64,000 nt of DNA. Origin: Eledone cirrhosa. Lineage: Eukaryota. Location of the stretch: NCBI GenBank assembly GCA_964016885.1, contig OZ024747.1:91512001-91576000 (forward strand), written 5' to 3'. The notes under the pieces are model-generated. The model saw only the letters and a list, made by a program, of their open reading frames with translations, made no database searches and was not told the origin of the DNA. This document shows, piece by piece, positions 14,177 to 27,077 of the stretch. A program made the position numbers and the translations under genes. Numbering within the stretch: position 1 is the first letter of the stretch; every line of letters begins with the position of its first letter.

Positions 14177-14239
<63 letters not shown>

Positions 14240-14408
14240 CTTTGTCTAGTTTGTGTATATGTAAATCTTTATATATATATATATGTATATATATACACGA
14301 TTTTTGTATGCGTTGCATACATTTGCTCACTAGTTCAGATATTCTATTTATTTATGTGTTGTGTCCCTGTCGGACAATATGCAAAGTGCTTCGGCCGAGC
14401 ACAAGTTG

Positions 14409-14571
14409 CAGGGTCCTCCTCCTCCTGTGTAGAGTACGGCCCTGGTTAGGGTGTGCCAGGGGTGGCTAGAGGGCCTCCTCCTGGGTAGTGTAGGGCTCTG
14501 GTAAAGGTATGCCAGAGGTGGCTGGAGGGCCTCCTCCTCCTGGGTAGATTAAGGCTTTGGTTAGGGTATAC
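14409..14571. repeat. GC-rich minisatellite, about 3 units of 55-60 bp
   Basis: Unit AGGGCCTCCTCC(TCC)TGGGTAG...TGGTTAGGGTRTGCCAGRGGTGGCT repeated. Confidence 0.75.
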
Positions 14572-14740
14572 TATTTTCGCGTAATTGACAGGTGGTTGGA
14601 TAGGTTTGTTATATGCTTAATTAATAAATAAAATATCTGACCTAATGACCAACTGTATGCACCGCGTACAAAAATAGTACCTATACCTCAAATTAACAGA
14701 CGATCCGGGAGACTATTGATCGACAGCCACAAAGAACCGT

Positions 14741-14844
<104 letters not shown>

Positions 14845-14934
14845 TATAAGTAAGTAAAAAACAAAAAACAACAATAAGAAAGAGTGCAGTAAGAACAGTG
14901 TGGTATTAGGTTCACGATTGAGAGTGCGGGGGAG

Positions 14935-14988
<54 letters not shown>

Positions 14989-14991
<3 letters not shown>

Positions 14992-15464
14992 GCGAGCTGT
15001 GTGGTTGCATTTAAGTAGAATGAAAACAAAAGTTACGGGTGAAGGAGGGTAATATCCATCGTCAGTTGTCTGCTAGGAATCATAGGTATTTCTTCGCGTT
15101 AGAGACAAGATACCTCAGCCTAGGGCGAGCAATAACTAAAATAAGTTATTGGGATAAAAAAGAGGAGAGAGAGAGAAAAAATGTAAACAGACACGAAGGG
15201 TGAAGCAACGTAAAGAGAGGAAAAATATCAAGTCAACAACTGATTTCGAACATAAATTCTTTCCTCTCTTTACGTTGCTTCACCCTTCGTGTCTGTTTAC
15301 ATTTTTTCTCTCCCCCCCCCCCTTTTTTATCCCAATAACTTATTTTAGTTATTGCTCGCCCTAGGCTGAGGTATCTTGTCTCTAACGCGAAGAAATACCT
15401 ATGATTCCTAGCAGACAACTGACGATGGATATTACCCTCCTTCACCCGTAACTTTTGTTTTCAT
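14989..15464. mobile_element. (TA)n-embedded fold-back cassette (probable PLE terminus with inverted copy)
   Basis: Arms 15020-15223 and 15260-15464 are near-perfect reverse complements with a 36-nt spacer. (TA)n on both sides. Confidence 0.7.
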
Positions 15465-15525
15465 ATATATATATGTTAAGGGTGAAAGCAACGATTCTTT
15501 GCTTAAACTTTAATCTGTTATTTTA

Positions 15526-15741
<216 letters not shown>

Positions 15742-15810
15742 AAAAAGGGATGAAATCGAAAATGCAACTGAAGTCTTATTTTTTTTAAAAATATATATAT
15801 TTATTTGGTT

Positions 15811-15848
15811 CCTTTACCGGTTTCGCAGTTCTTCTGCTTTTCAAAAGG
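15811..15848 (-). ncRNA. Minimal type I hammerhead ribozyme, U3-A8 core variant
   Basis: Minus strand CCTT-TTGAAAA-GCAG aagaa CTGC-GAAA-CCGG-TA-AAGG. All stems pair and stem III is palindromic. Confidence 0.75.
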
Positions 15849-15950
15849 TGAGTTGAGATGGAGGGTCTGTGGTTTTTCTCACATCTGAGATGTGAGAAAA
15901 ACCACATATATATATATTATGAAAACAAAAGTTACGGGTGAAGGAGGGTA

Positions 15951-15983
<33 letters not shown>

Positions 15984-15985
15984 GA

Positions 15986-16181
15986 GGGGTACTGGATTGG
16001 TAGTATTGGTAGAGGGTCGAACGCCATGCTTGCTTTGACGCATAGAGTTACGGCCCTTGCCATTCTGAGTTCAAATCCCGCCGAGGTTAACTTTGCCTTT
16101 CATCCTTACGGGGTTGATAAAATAAAGTACTAGTAATACACTCGGATAATTGCTGGACTTGTGCCAAAAGGAGAAACAATT
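15986..16181 (+). mobile_element. tRNA-derived SINE (main family)
   Basis: Homology to the other copies. Confidence 0.9.
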
Positions 16182-16336
16182 ATATATATATATATACACA
16201 TATGGAGAGTTATTTACTTTTATAGTAGAAGAATGCATGTTTATTAAATGTTTGAGTTTTGCTAGATAAGTAAATGATTTATATACAAAATATAATAAGA
16301 ATATAGGAAGCAAGATTATCACGTTTAATTTTAAAA

Positions 16337-16478
16337 TACAAACATTTATGAACACATACTGATGATTATATATGGTTTCATATCTAAATTAATACGTATT
16401 AGTATATGAATACTAATACGTATTAATTTAGATATGAAATCATATATAATCATCAGTATGTGTTCATAAATGTTTGTA
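16337..16478. repeat. Near-perfect palindrome, 69-bp arms with 4-nt spacer
   Basis: 16337-16405 is the reverse complement of 16410-16478 with one mismatch. Confidence 0.85.
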
Positions 16479-17737
16479 CATATATGTACATATATTTAAT
16501 TTACTTGTATTGTCAAGCACATTACCTTCGAGGAAGGGGCATTTTCCGAAATAGAATTGCTTTTGTTATGTCATATAAACAAGAACATTTTTCTTTTTTG
16601 CGATATCCTCAGTTTTCTCATTTTACGAATTTTGTACATACATATGTAACTTCTAAAATAATGATTATATATTTACTTCTATATATTATGTTTATTTATA
16701 TTTATGATTAATATAAATTACTACAATGTATCCCGATGTGTATATCTGTTTCAGTTTATGTATTTGTTTCAATGTATATATAAGTTTCAATATGAATGCG
16801 TATGTATATGTATGCATGCATTCAGGAGTATGCCTATGGGCGTGAGTGCTTGAGACTGAGCGTGAATGTGTGTGCTTGTGTGTGTAACTGAGCGCGAGTG
16901 TATGTGTGTTTGTTTTTCTGTGTGTGTGGGAAGGAGCGCGAGAGAGTGTGTGTGCGTGAGTATTGAAAGAATGTGTATAAAGTGTACCTTCAAGAATACT
17001 CATACCTCATTTTTATAACCTTATACAACCATTTCTATTACCCCATACATACCTACACATGCGCATACATTACATGGTTTGTGAAAGCCTCTTCACAAAT
17101 AACACACATCATATAAACAACAGCATTTTATTCCCATTCCTCCACTGTGTATATACATATATTTTTTTCCTCGTTGAAAATTTGGCGGCAAAAATTCATC
17201 AAGTTGAATTGCTGTTTTGATTGTGTTTTCTCACGACTTCATGTTATATCGAGGAAGAAAATAAATGTTATTATCGTTCGAACAAATAGTTACGAAAGTG
17301 GTTATTTCTACCGAAAATAGATGCTTTAAAACGATGGTGGTAGGGGTTAGAGAGAAAAAAAAAAGAGCGAGAGAAAGAGAGTGAGGGAGAGAAGAGAAAG
17401 AAGGATGTTATGGCAATTGAAATGTCGACACCAACAGAGAGAAGACAATATTGAAAATCACCAGAATTATTGTCGGCATCACTGTTGTAATGTGCTCTAT
17501 TGTCGAGCTTTTTCATCAATAGAAACGCAGAAAGCATGAAACGATATCTTCATTTTAACTCTACGTGTTTTGCCTTTTTCTCTCTAACTAACTCTCTTTC
17601 ACCCTCTCTCTCTCTCTCTGTATGTATGTATATATATATATATTCTTTTCCTTTTACATCACGCTGAAACTAATAAGACTTTGTGAAATCATATCTCTGT
17701 CTTTCTCTTTTTTAATCTTGAAGTATGTGTATGTATG

Positions 17738-17826
<89 letters not shown>

Positions 17827-18063
17827 GTATATATGTATATATGAGTGTGTGTAGGTGTGTGTGTATACATGTGGAGTGTCACATTTGTAATATAGCGAGG
17901 ACAGTTGGAAAATAATTGAAATTATCCACGCAAATAGAACATAAAAGGTCCGTTTAATATGCAATAGCGAACATGGCTACGAGTTCAGACACACATCTAC
18001 ATACTATGACACACACATACATACGATGACACACACAAACAGTCACACACACACACAAATATA

Positions 18064-18104
<41 letters not shown>

Positions 18105-18997
18105 GTATATACATTCATACATTCTTGTAGTGCACCTGAGCACTTTACACAATAATCTCATTATTATTTTTAATATATATATATATACACAAACACGCCA
18201 TATATATATACATATATATACATTTGGGAGAAACAGGGAGTTGTGTGGTTACTTGATAAAGTGTATTTAAAATAAAAGGAAAGCACAATCGGGGACAATC
18301 CCTTCTTCAGTTGTCTGCTGGTGATCACGGACATTTCAACATACTCCTTAATTGACGACGCGAGTGAATTAATTCCCTTAATTTCCGCCGCTTTTGGACA
18401 AAACAGCAGGGATACCGCTAATTGGTTTTAATGTAGTGGTAGACACAGGAAGGCTGAGCAGGTGAATTCCAACATAGCGAATACTTGGAAAAAAAGCTTA
18501 ATTTGACCTTTTATTGGTAACTGGACAATGCCCACCGACGATCATTATGCCGATTCCGGATAGATGATGCTACTCTCTGCTGGAATATGTATTTATTTAT
18601 ATAATTATTACTAGCAGTTTCTCGTTTGAAGAAACTGTCTCAGGTGGGAGTATGTATAAATATCTTTTAGATGTTTTTATTAATTGATTCGATTATCAGT
18701 TCTTTGATATTAGTTGCATTAATTTGGTTGGTAACCCTAATTAAATATGTGGGATATATCAATAATTTTGTTATATTTATTAATGATTTGATGTCCGATT
18801 TGTTGTTTGTCAATAAAAATTAATATAACTATCTTAATTAATTTGTTCAATATTGCCACTAGACCACTGATTAGGTCAGTGAAGTACTCTGTTAGTGGAT
18901 TGATTCTAATTAAAATTGAGTAAGATGATGTTTGGCACAATGTTACAATACCATGGATGCGCTAAACACCTCGTGGCAATGTGATTTCGTAAAACTA

Positions 18998-19059
<62 letters not shown>

Positions 19060-19060
<1 letters not shown>

Positions 19061-19518
19061 TAGCTGAGCTACCCGGTAATTCCCGGGTATTTTATTAATG
19101 TTTCAATATTTGTCCTTTGAAATATGATTGCTGAATTTTAACTAAAGTAGGAATTATAGCAGAATCTTTATTGTCGTTTATTTAAAGCAAATCATGTAGA
19201 TAAAAATATTAAATACTGCTCCCTATTACAGTAAGCATATATAATGCTTTGCACTTGGAAGAATCATTAGGTATGTTGTCAGTGAAAAGGGCATGACCAA
19301 AAAAATAAATTTAGATTTTATTTATCCTTTTTTTTTTTGTAAGGGAGGCAACACCGCTATTCTAATTGCTTCCCCTTTCCGAATATACTTTATTGCCGTG
19401 GTTTCTTCCTTGGAAAAAGTTACATCTATGGTGCAAATTTGATGCCGTTTGGTCCAGCCGTTTGGCCAAAAGTTTGTTACATACATACATATGACCGCTA
19501 GCTTTATTAATATATATA
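19060..19518 (-). mobile_element. Non-autonomous Helitron-like element
   Basis: Minus-strand 3' end: hairpin TACCCGG-gaatta-CCGGGTA, then GCTCAG-CTAG-T. The 5' end TATATTAATAAAGCT...(TATG)n blends into (TA)n. Confidence 0.65.
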
Positions 19519-19659
19519 TATATATATTTATAAAAAAGGAGTGAAGAATAACACGGATCAGTTATACAGTAGGGTTTATTCCAAGTATTAATTCTTGTAA
19601 TTCAACACATGCATCAACGTGTGAAAAATATATCCAGCACCAGCCCAAATCAAAATGAA

Positions 19660-19694
19660 ACTTTGAAAAGCTATTCAGAGTGAAACCTGTTAGT
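19660..19694 (+). ncRNA. Degenerate minimal hammerhead, U3-A8 core variant
   Basis: ACT-TTGAAAA-GCT attcag AGT-GAAA-CCTG-TT-AGT, the same architecture as 15811-15848. Confidence 0.55.
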
Positions 19695-20149
19695 GCAAAA
19701 ACTAGCTGTATATTCATAATAAACACACGTATATTTATAGAAAAAGACTATAGTTTATTCTGTATGAACTAATTTATTTACAGTGTATTCTGTAAATTTA
19801 CATGTGTATATATAAAAATAAAAAACATTAAGTACATTTTCAAACATTATCATTTCCCCTACATATGATCATTTGGACAGAATTCACTAATTTTATAGCG
19901 TTATGATGTGTGTTACTACACACACACGCGCACTCGCACGGACACGCACACACACACATTATTATAATAACAGATTAAAGTTTAAGCAAAGAACCGCTGC
20001 TTTCACCTTTCACAGGGTCTTCTGAAATTTCAGAAGATCCCGTTAAGGGCGAAATAAATATTTGCTCTAAGCTTTTTATATATTTGATATATATATATAT
20101 TATCCTTATCGAGCCCTCTTCGGATTTTAGTCTTCACGTTTATTATTAT

Positions 20150-20194
<45 letters not shown>

Positions 20195-20198
<4 letters not shown>

Positions 20199-20625
20199 AA
20201 CAAAAGATGGTTAAAAGAGTTCCATGTATTTTATTATGCGCATTTCAAAAACAAACATCATCATGCAATAATATTTGTGTTTTCATCAGATAAAACAGGA
20301 AGACATGATATGAAGGTTAAAAAACACTTGTTGATAGTTCAGTTTTAAATCAACATATCATATATCATATATGTTGATTTAAAACTGAACTATCCACAAG
20401 TGTTTTTTAACCTTCATATCATGTCTTCCTGTTTTATCTGATGAAAACACAAATATTATTGCATGATGATGTTTGTTTTTGAAATGCGCATAATAAAATA
20501 CATGGAACTCTTTTTAACCATCTTTTGTTCTTATATATTATGTATACTCCAGTCCTACAAATTGTAGAGTGCTTCTTATCCGATATCTGCATTGCTTTAT
20601 TGTACTACAATAAAACTCACCTCCT
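20195..20625 (+). mobile_element. (TA)n-embedded fold-back PLE terminus with hammerhead
   Basis: Arms about 20195-20358 and 20369-20537 are reverse complements, followed by an unpaired tail and then (CA)/(TA)n. Confidence 0.75.
20432..20498 (+). ncRNA. Type I hammerhead ribozyme (mirror copy on the minus strand at 20229-20295)
   Basis: TTTTAT-CTGATGA-stem II (AAAC..AAATATTATT/GATGATGTTT..GTTT)-GAAA-TGCGCA-TA-ATAAAA. Canonical core with palindromic stem III. Confidence 0.8.
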
Positions 20626-20635
20626 ACACACACAC

Positions 20636-20747
<112 letters not shown>

Positions 20748-21022
20748 TCAAGGGATAACAAAATATTGTTATAGGTAATCCAGTTAGAGGTTGTGAATAC
20801 TTCTTATTATGGATAATTTTAGCTACGGCGTTGTTTGACTGAACAAGAGGTTTACGTAGATGGCGAGTTTATGATTTAACTTGTATTCCTATGTAAGTTT
20901 ATCTTGGAGTAATAAAATTGTTCAGCAATTTTTAGACAACTTAATCAGAGAAACAATTGTTAGACTGTAAATAAATTCCCCTTTTTTGTACTGTTGACTA
21001 TGTTATTCTTCACTTTTTCAAT

Positions 21023-21054
<32 letters not shown>

Positions 21055-21107
21055 CATATATATATACATATATATATACATATATATATACATATATATA
21101 TACAGAC

Positions 21108-21152
<45 letters not shown>

Positions 21153-21262
21153 CATATATACATATGTAAGGTACATAGCCACTACTTTAAAAATGATAGC
21201 GCAAGGTCTTCAAAATGTTTTTAAACGTACGGTATTTTGCCAAATATACTATACATACATTC

Positions 21263-21327
<65 letters not shown>

Positions 21328-21568
21328 TAAAAAAACAACGCAGGAGTACAAGTTACAAATAGTATTAGTTTCACGCTTAGTGAGAGTGGGGTGTGTGAAC
21401 ATATATATATACTGCAGGCTAAGAACAAATGCGAGGGTGTTAACGTTAAGATCCAGTGTTAGTTTGTGTATATATATATATTATTTAGAAAACTGGAAAG
21501 AAAATACAAACACAAGGACAATTCCCACTCATCGGCTGTCTACTGTGGATCACTAATGTTTCGAACGC

Positions 21569-21749
21569 ATTGGCAGTATCGGTAGAGGGTCGGACGCCAT
21601 GCTTTGACGCATAGAGTTACGGCCCTTGCCATTCTGAGTTCAAATCCCGCCGAGGTTAACTTTGCCTTTCATCCTTACCGGTCGATAAAATAAAGTACCA
21701 GTAATACACTGGGTTATTGCTGGTCTTGTGCCAAAAGTAGACACAATTA
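21569..21749 (+). mobile_element. tRNA-derived SINE (main family)
   Basis: Homology to the other copies. Confidence 0.9.
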
Positions 21750-22197
21750 ATATATATATATATGAAAAGAGTCAGACCCGCGTTGTGTTATATATATATA
21801 GTAGCTTAGTAATTCTATACGTGCTGAATTCAATTTCTAAATGGATACTTGTAAAATATTCATAATACTTTGGGTTCTAAAACAATATTATTTTCATTAC
21901 ATTTACCTAAAAATATTTCTGATATACTATTACAAGGAAGAGATAAATATCTATATTTACGTTATGTTATAGCCTGCCGATAAAAATCTGTTTTTTAACC
22001 TTACATGCATCAGGTGCGCTCGTATGTCTTTTTTATCTAAATATCACAGGTGTATTTGCAATAAATTATATATTAAACAGGGTAGTTGTGCGTGAAGCTC
22101 ATACATAAACATACACACACACTCAAACACAAAATACACACACACTCAAACACAAAATACACACGCACACATACATATATGTGTATTCATATGTGTG

Positions 22198-22229
<32 letters not shown>

Positions 22230-22289
22230 CACAAAATTATATGCACATATATGGATAGGGGTATAAACAGAGATAGATAAATAAGCATA

Positions 22290-22335
<46 letters not shown>

Positions 22336-22431
22336 TAAAAGTAAGTATGCATACGTACACACCCACACGCACACACGTATATATATATATTTATATTTAT
22401 ATATATATATTTATACACACATCTGTAAGTG

Positions 22432-22463
<32 letters not shown>

Positions 22464-22540
22464 GCTGTGCGAGAGCGAGAAATAAAATTCACACACACAC
22501 ACGCACACACACACACGCACACACGCACACACACACATAT

Positions 22541-22582
<42 letters not shown>

Positions 22583-23023
22583 TATACACACATATATACA
22601 CACATATACATATATATGTGTGTGTAAGAGAGAGAAAAGAAATATGACGGAAATATAGATATGGATCGTGAGTTGTAAAAAGTTAGTGGAAATTTTCAAT
22701 TATTCCTTATTTAGCTTTCTTATACACTGAGATTCTGGAAAATATTTTGCATACTTAATTTCCTTACACAACTAATTTTAAATATATTACATTTTCTCTT
22801 CAACCACATTTCTTTCTTTACCAAATTATTTCAGTTGTTTAGCTCCAGGTTATTTTTGATCGAGTATTTCACTCCTGACTGTCTCATCTTTTTTTGTGTG
22901 GTAGAGAGGTCAACCCTTACGCAACATTGCTTCTTTAAGTTGATGCAGGGAATATTTGACTGCTATTTTTAACAGACCCAGTGATCATGTACAGGATCTC
23001 TCGGTTTACAAGCAAATGAAAAA

Positions 23024-23181
23024 TAATTTTTTCTACTTTAGGTAAAAGGCCAGTAGTTTGAAGGGGAGAGGAGAGTCGATTAAATCGACGACAGTGCATT
23101 ACTGGTATTTTATTTTATCAAACCGGCAAAGCTAACCTAGGCGGGATTTGAACTCGGTACGTAAAGGATCGTAACTCTTAT
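23024..23181 (-). mobile_element. SINE (main family, long variant), truncated and diverged
   Basis: Homology, including the extra GATTTAATCGAC segment. Confidence 0.75.
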
Positions 23182-23329
23182 GATAACAATGATAATAGGA
23201 AATAAAAGATCGTCACGTAATACCATTTAATCTGTTACAAGATCACTATTAGTAAAGCAAATAATACTTTTGCTCATTTCAAGACCTGCAATCTCTGAAA
23301 ACATTTTGCAGATAACGTGACTGTTCGTC

Positions 23330-23765
23330 TCTCATTTCATCACCATGGATATATCTAAGCCAAAGGGTCTGCAGCGCGTTTTACAGAAACTCTTGTTTCT
23401 GTATTTAATAATCTACATGTCATCGACGACTTTGCGTGTTGCAAATTAGTAGGAAGCACTGAGGTTGACAGTTACGTGGAAACTGCTGATCCAAGTGCAT
23501 CTAATCCCTTCACCCAGTCTGAATTCAGTAACTTAGTGCTTGATTTAGAACTTCAAAAACCGTCAGCAGATTTATTGGGATTTAGACTGAATCGCAATAG
23601 CCAGCTAGTGCCTGGAATAGCATTTAGTTGTTATTGACGTAGCGAAAACGTCTATTGTAGTTCTTTATGGATGTGTAACTGTTTACTGTTATGGCATTAA
23701 TGATTTCTTAATGACATTGTCAATATGAATCAGAGACGAGTGGCAATGTTTTATTGACAACAACA
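23330..23765 (+). mobile_element. Chapaev3-like (CMC) DNA transposase relic
   Basis: PFTQSEFSNLVLDLELQKPSADLLGFRLNRNSQLVPG...Y*RSE and downstream DEWQCFID match the F.Q.ELNDL.RDL.L.K..AELL.SRL...EWRLFID pattern. Family assignment is from memory. Confidence 0.6.
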
Positions 23766-23965
23766 TTTTGATTGTCACATCAGAACAACTGTTACAGAAA
23801 CTACCAATACAAATATTATTCAATATAAACAAATTTAAACTGGGTTATAGCTCTTCTGTCTAAACGAAAGTACTTGCCATATAAAGCAACTAAATTAACT
23901 AACTTAACTAACTTAAATTAACTAAATTAACTAACAATAGAAAGCATTCCCCTTTAACGATACTG

Positions 23966-24024
<59 letters not shown>

Positions 24025-24439
24025 TACACACACACACAATAAGTTGACGGGACTAGTATGGGTTTCTCGGCATGCTCTATAGGTAATGTTAAATAAACTC
24101 CTAGAGTAGACACATACCAATTCGCTTCAATACTACACACATAAATGGGTACCTTCAATGTATACCCGTACTCGAGTTTCGGCTCCACTTAATGCAGCAA
24201 TAGAGTGCACAGCATCCACTGCCTGCATTTATTATGCAACAATGCACAATCAGCGCTTGTGGCTTCATCAGCCGGTTTCGACTAATCAAATAACCGAACG
24301 GTCTACAGAATTCGATTGCAGTCCGTGTCGGCTATGACAGTCAATGTGACGGGCAACACAGTAAAACATCAGCAACTGAAATTCCTACGCGTCATCACAA
24401 TGTTTCAGAAATTAAAGTGACTGTAGGAGACGAAATTCA

Positions 24440-24612
24440 AATAGTTCCGCACCTAGAAAGTTCCCCTCCGAGGCACAGGTCCGGTAAAGGTTGTTTGTGG
24501 AAGACAAATAGTCGCCCATGGATACCAGTCTCTCCTCTCTACACCACCGACGTTGTCCAAGGCAATGGCCGATAAAACATGGTACCAGTGCCGTCGCAAC
24601 TCATTTCTATAA
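24440..24612 (-). mobile_element. Fragment of a different cephalopod-type SINE
   Basis: GGTTGTTTGTGGAAGAC..AGTCGCCCATG..ACCAGT..GTCGCAACTCATTTCTA is recalled as a common octopus repeat. Not verified. Confidence 0.4.
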
Positions 24613-24680
24613 ACTCACATCTACCAAACCAAATCTTAATATCGTGAAGAATATACTTATGAAGAAAATTAAATTTAAAA

Positions 24681-24826
24681 TAATTGTTTCTACTTTTGGG
24701 CACAAGGCCAGCAATTACCCAGTGCATTACAGGTACTTTATTTTATCGACCCCGTAAGGATGAAAGGCAAAGTTAACCTCGGCGGGATTTGAACTCAGTC
24801 CGTAAAGGGATGTAACTCTATGCTGG
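24681..24826 (-). mobile_element. SINE (main family), 5'-truncated
   Basis: Homology to the other copies. Confidence 0.88.
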
Positions 24827-25252
24827 AAATACATCCACACTTTTAACTCAGAAATAGTGAACAGATTAATAAAATAAAACTATCCCGTTTTTGTCTGTAG
24901 TTTGAAAGAACGAGTTAGTGATTTTAACAAGTGGAAGATGTAAACCTCCAAAGAATTAGAGAATGTGATGCGCATTCATAGACCTTCTCTAAACATCATT
25001 ACTTCGATATGTACTCCTGGCACATACCAACACTAGAATTAATGTATCAACAATATGTACGAAGAATAATCACAAGCTATTTCCAGCTCCAGCTTTAACC
25101 CACAAATATATATCCCTGATCTTACATTTCATGATTTTATAATCGTTGACATCATATATTTTCAAATCTATATTTTTCATATACATTTTCTTTTAGCAGT
25201 TCTTCTCTTTATCTCTTACATAAACATATGAGATTTCATTATTATCAACTAA

Positions 25253-25445
25253 GGGCGGCGGATTAGCAGCATCGGTAGAGGGTCGGACGCCATGCTTTGC
25301 AGCAAAGAGTTACGGCCCTTTATGATCTGAGTTCAATTTCCGCCAAGGTTAACTTTGCCTTTCATCCTTACTGGGTCGATAAAATAAAGTACCAGTAATA
25401 TACTGGAATAATTGCTGGCCTTGTTCCAAAAATAGAAACAATTAT
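25253..25445 (+). mobile_element. SINE (main family) with TSD ATTATTATCAACTA
   Basis: Full-length copy with a flanking direct repeat. Confidence 0.9.
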
Positions 25446-25485
25446 TATCAACTATTTATTTCAACATCTATTGTTGAGTGTGGCT

Positions 25486-25657
25486 TGCAGCATAGTTACG
25501 GCCTTTTACGTTCTGAGTTCAAATCCCACCGAGGTTAACTTTACCTTTCATCCGTACGGGGCCGATAAAATAAAGTACCAGTAATGCACTGGTTTGATTT
25601 AATCGACTTTCTCCTCTACCCAAATTGCTGGTCTTGTGCCTATAGTAGAAATCAATT
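25486..25657 (+). mobile_element. SINE (main family, long variant), 5'-truncated
   Basis: Homology to the other copies. Confidence 0.85.
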
Positions 25658-26634
25658 TTGAGTATATACAACTATTCCATTGTTAATAAATTGCTAGATT
25701 GCCATAATTTATTTAATTCATAACTCTATCATTTGATTTAGAACCACGTGTGGCAATCATGTTCCCTTACTATTAATCAATAGATTGCTTCTATGCTTTA
25801 GACAAAATGAGACCCCTACAACTATCTGAAAGATTAGTCTTTCTACGTTTTTAAATTTATCTGATGTCTCGCTACTTAATAACGTCTAGCTGCAGTTCGA
25901 AAGGATGGAATATGTTTGAATTGAATAGAAAGATTAGAAGATGCCGTAGCAGAATACCAACTATAGAAGCATAACATGAAATACAGCAAATTGGATTTAT
26001 AGAGTTAACTATGCCAATCTCTTATCCATTTGTTTATAAAACCAGCATTAACAACTGATTTTAACAAGTTATTCCATTCACTGACAATCCTATCAGAGGA
26101 GTGTTCTCTTATTAATAATGCTGCTGAAAACTGTTGAAACATTTTATATTAGTGACCTAATTAAGACTTACACTTGAAAAGTTATAGAGGTTTGTATTAT
26201 ACAGCCAGAAATATATAAACTGTATTAACACTCTTCATACAAGACAGTAACTAGGGGAGTAATTATAACAGTCACCGCCAGTTTATTAATAATTCGGGCT
26301 TTTAGATTAGCGAATGCAATCAACGATCAATGATAAAAGCAGCTGTACACGTAAACACATGCATATACACATATACTTGTATATACACATGTACCTGTAT
26401 ATACAAAATCACTCATATGGCTAAACTTACACAAATATGCATACATACTCACATACAGACAAACAGAGAGTCATATATATATAAGTATGCACACGTACAC
26501 ACAAACACACACACACACACACATGTATATATATATATATACATATATATATATGCACACGTACATACGCATACATATATGTATGTATACACACACACAC
26601 ACACATGTACGTATAGGTTATATCGAACATTAAT

Positions 26635-26851
26635 AATTGTTTCCACTTTAGGCACAAGGCCAGCAATTACCCAGTGCATTACTGGTACTTTATTTTATCG
26701 ACCCCGTAAGGATGAAAGGCAAAGTCAACCTCGGCGGGATTTGAACTCAGATCGTAAAGGGACGTAACTATGCTGGAAAGCATGGCGTCCGACCCTCTAC
26801 CGATACTGCCAATCCACCGCGCCCTCTACCGATTCTGCCAATCCACCGCCC
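26635..26851 (-). mobile_element. SINE (main family) with duplicated 5' head and 20-bp TSD
   Basis: TSD TTATATCGAACATTAATAAT at 26618-26637 and 26852-26871. Confidence 0.9.
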
Positions 26852-27077
26852 TTATATCGAACATTAATAATAATGTTCGATTCGTTTGTAAACAAACGGC
26901 CCGATTTGAAGCTGTGCCATGCCGGTGACCGATCGTCACCTGTTTATTTAACACTGGCTTTGAGAAAGAATCAACATGTTTCTGGGTCATTACCCTTCAT
27001 AAGGATTGTATACCTCTGCCATTCTGTACACGAGGGGAGGGGGAGTAGACCAGATGAAGCAGTAGAAACTCACATGA

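Larger units (their letters stand above)
11423..14178 (+). mobile_element. 5'-truncated Naiad-type Penelope-like retroelement inserted in (TA)n
   Basis: RT C-terminal half, linker, GIY-YIG, long simple-repeat-rich 3' UTR and a hammerhead near the 3' end. (TA)n on both sides (11308-11422 and 14179-14237). Confidence 0.85.

Noticed and set aside
18740-18975. Possible decayed GIY-YIG C-terminus on the minus strand (TLCQTSSYSIL)
   Set aside because: Similarity is too short and weak to call.
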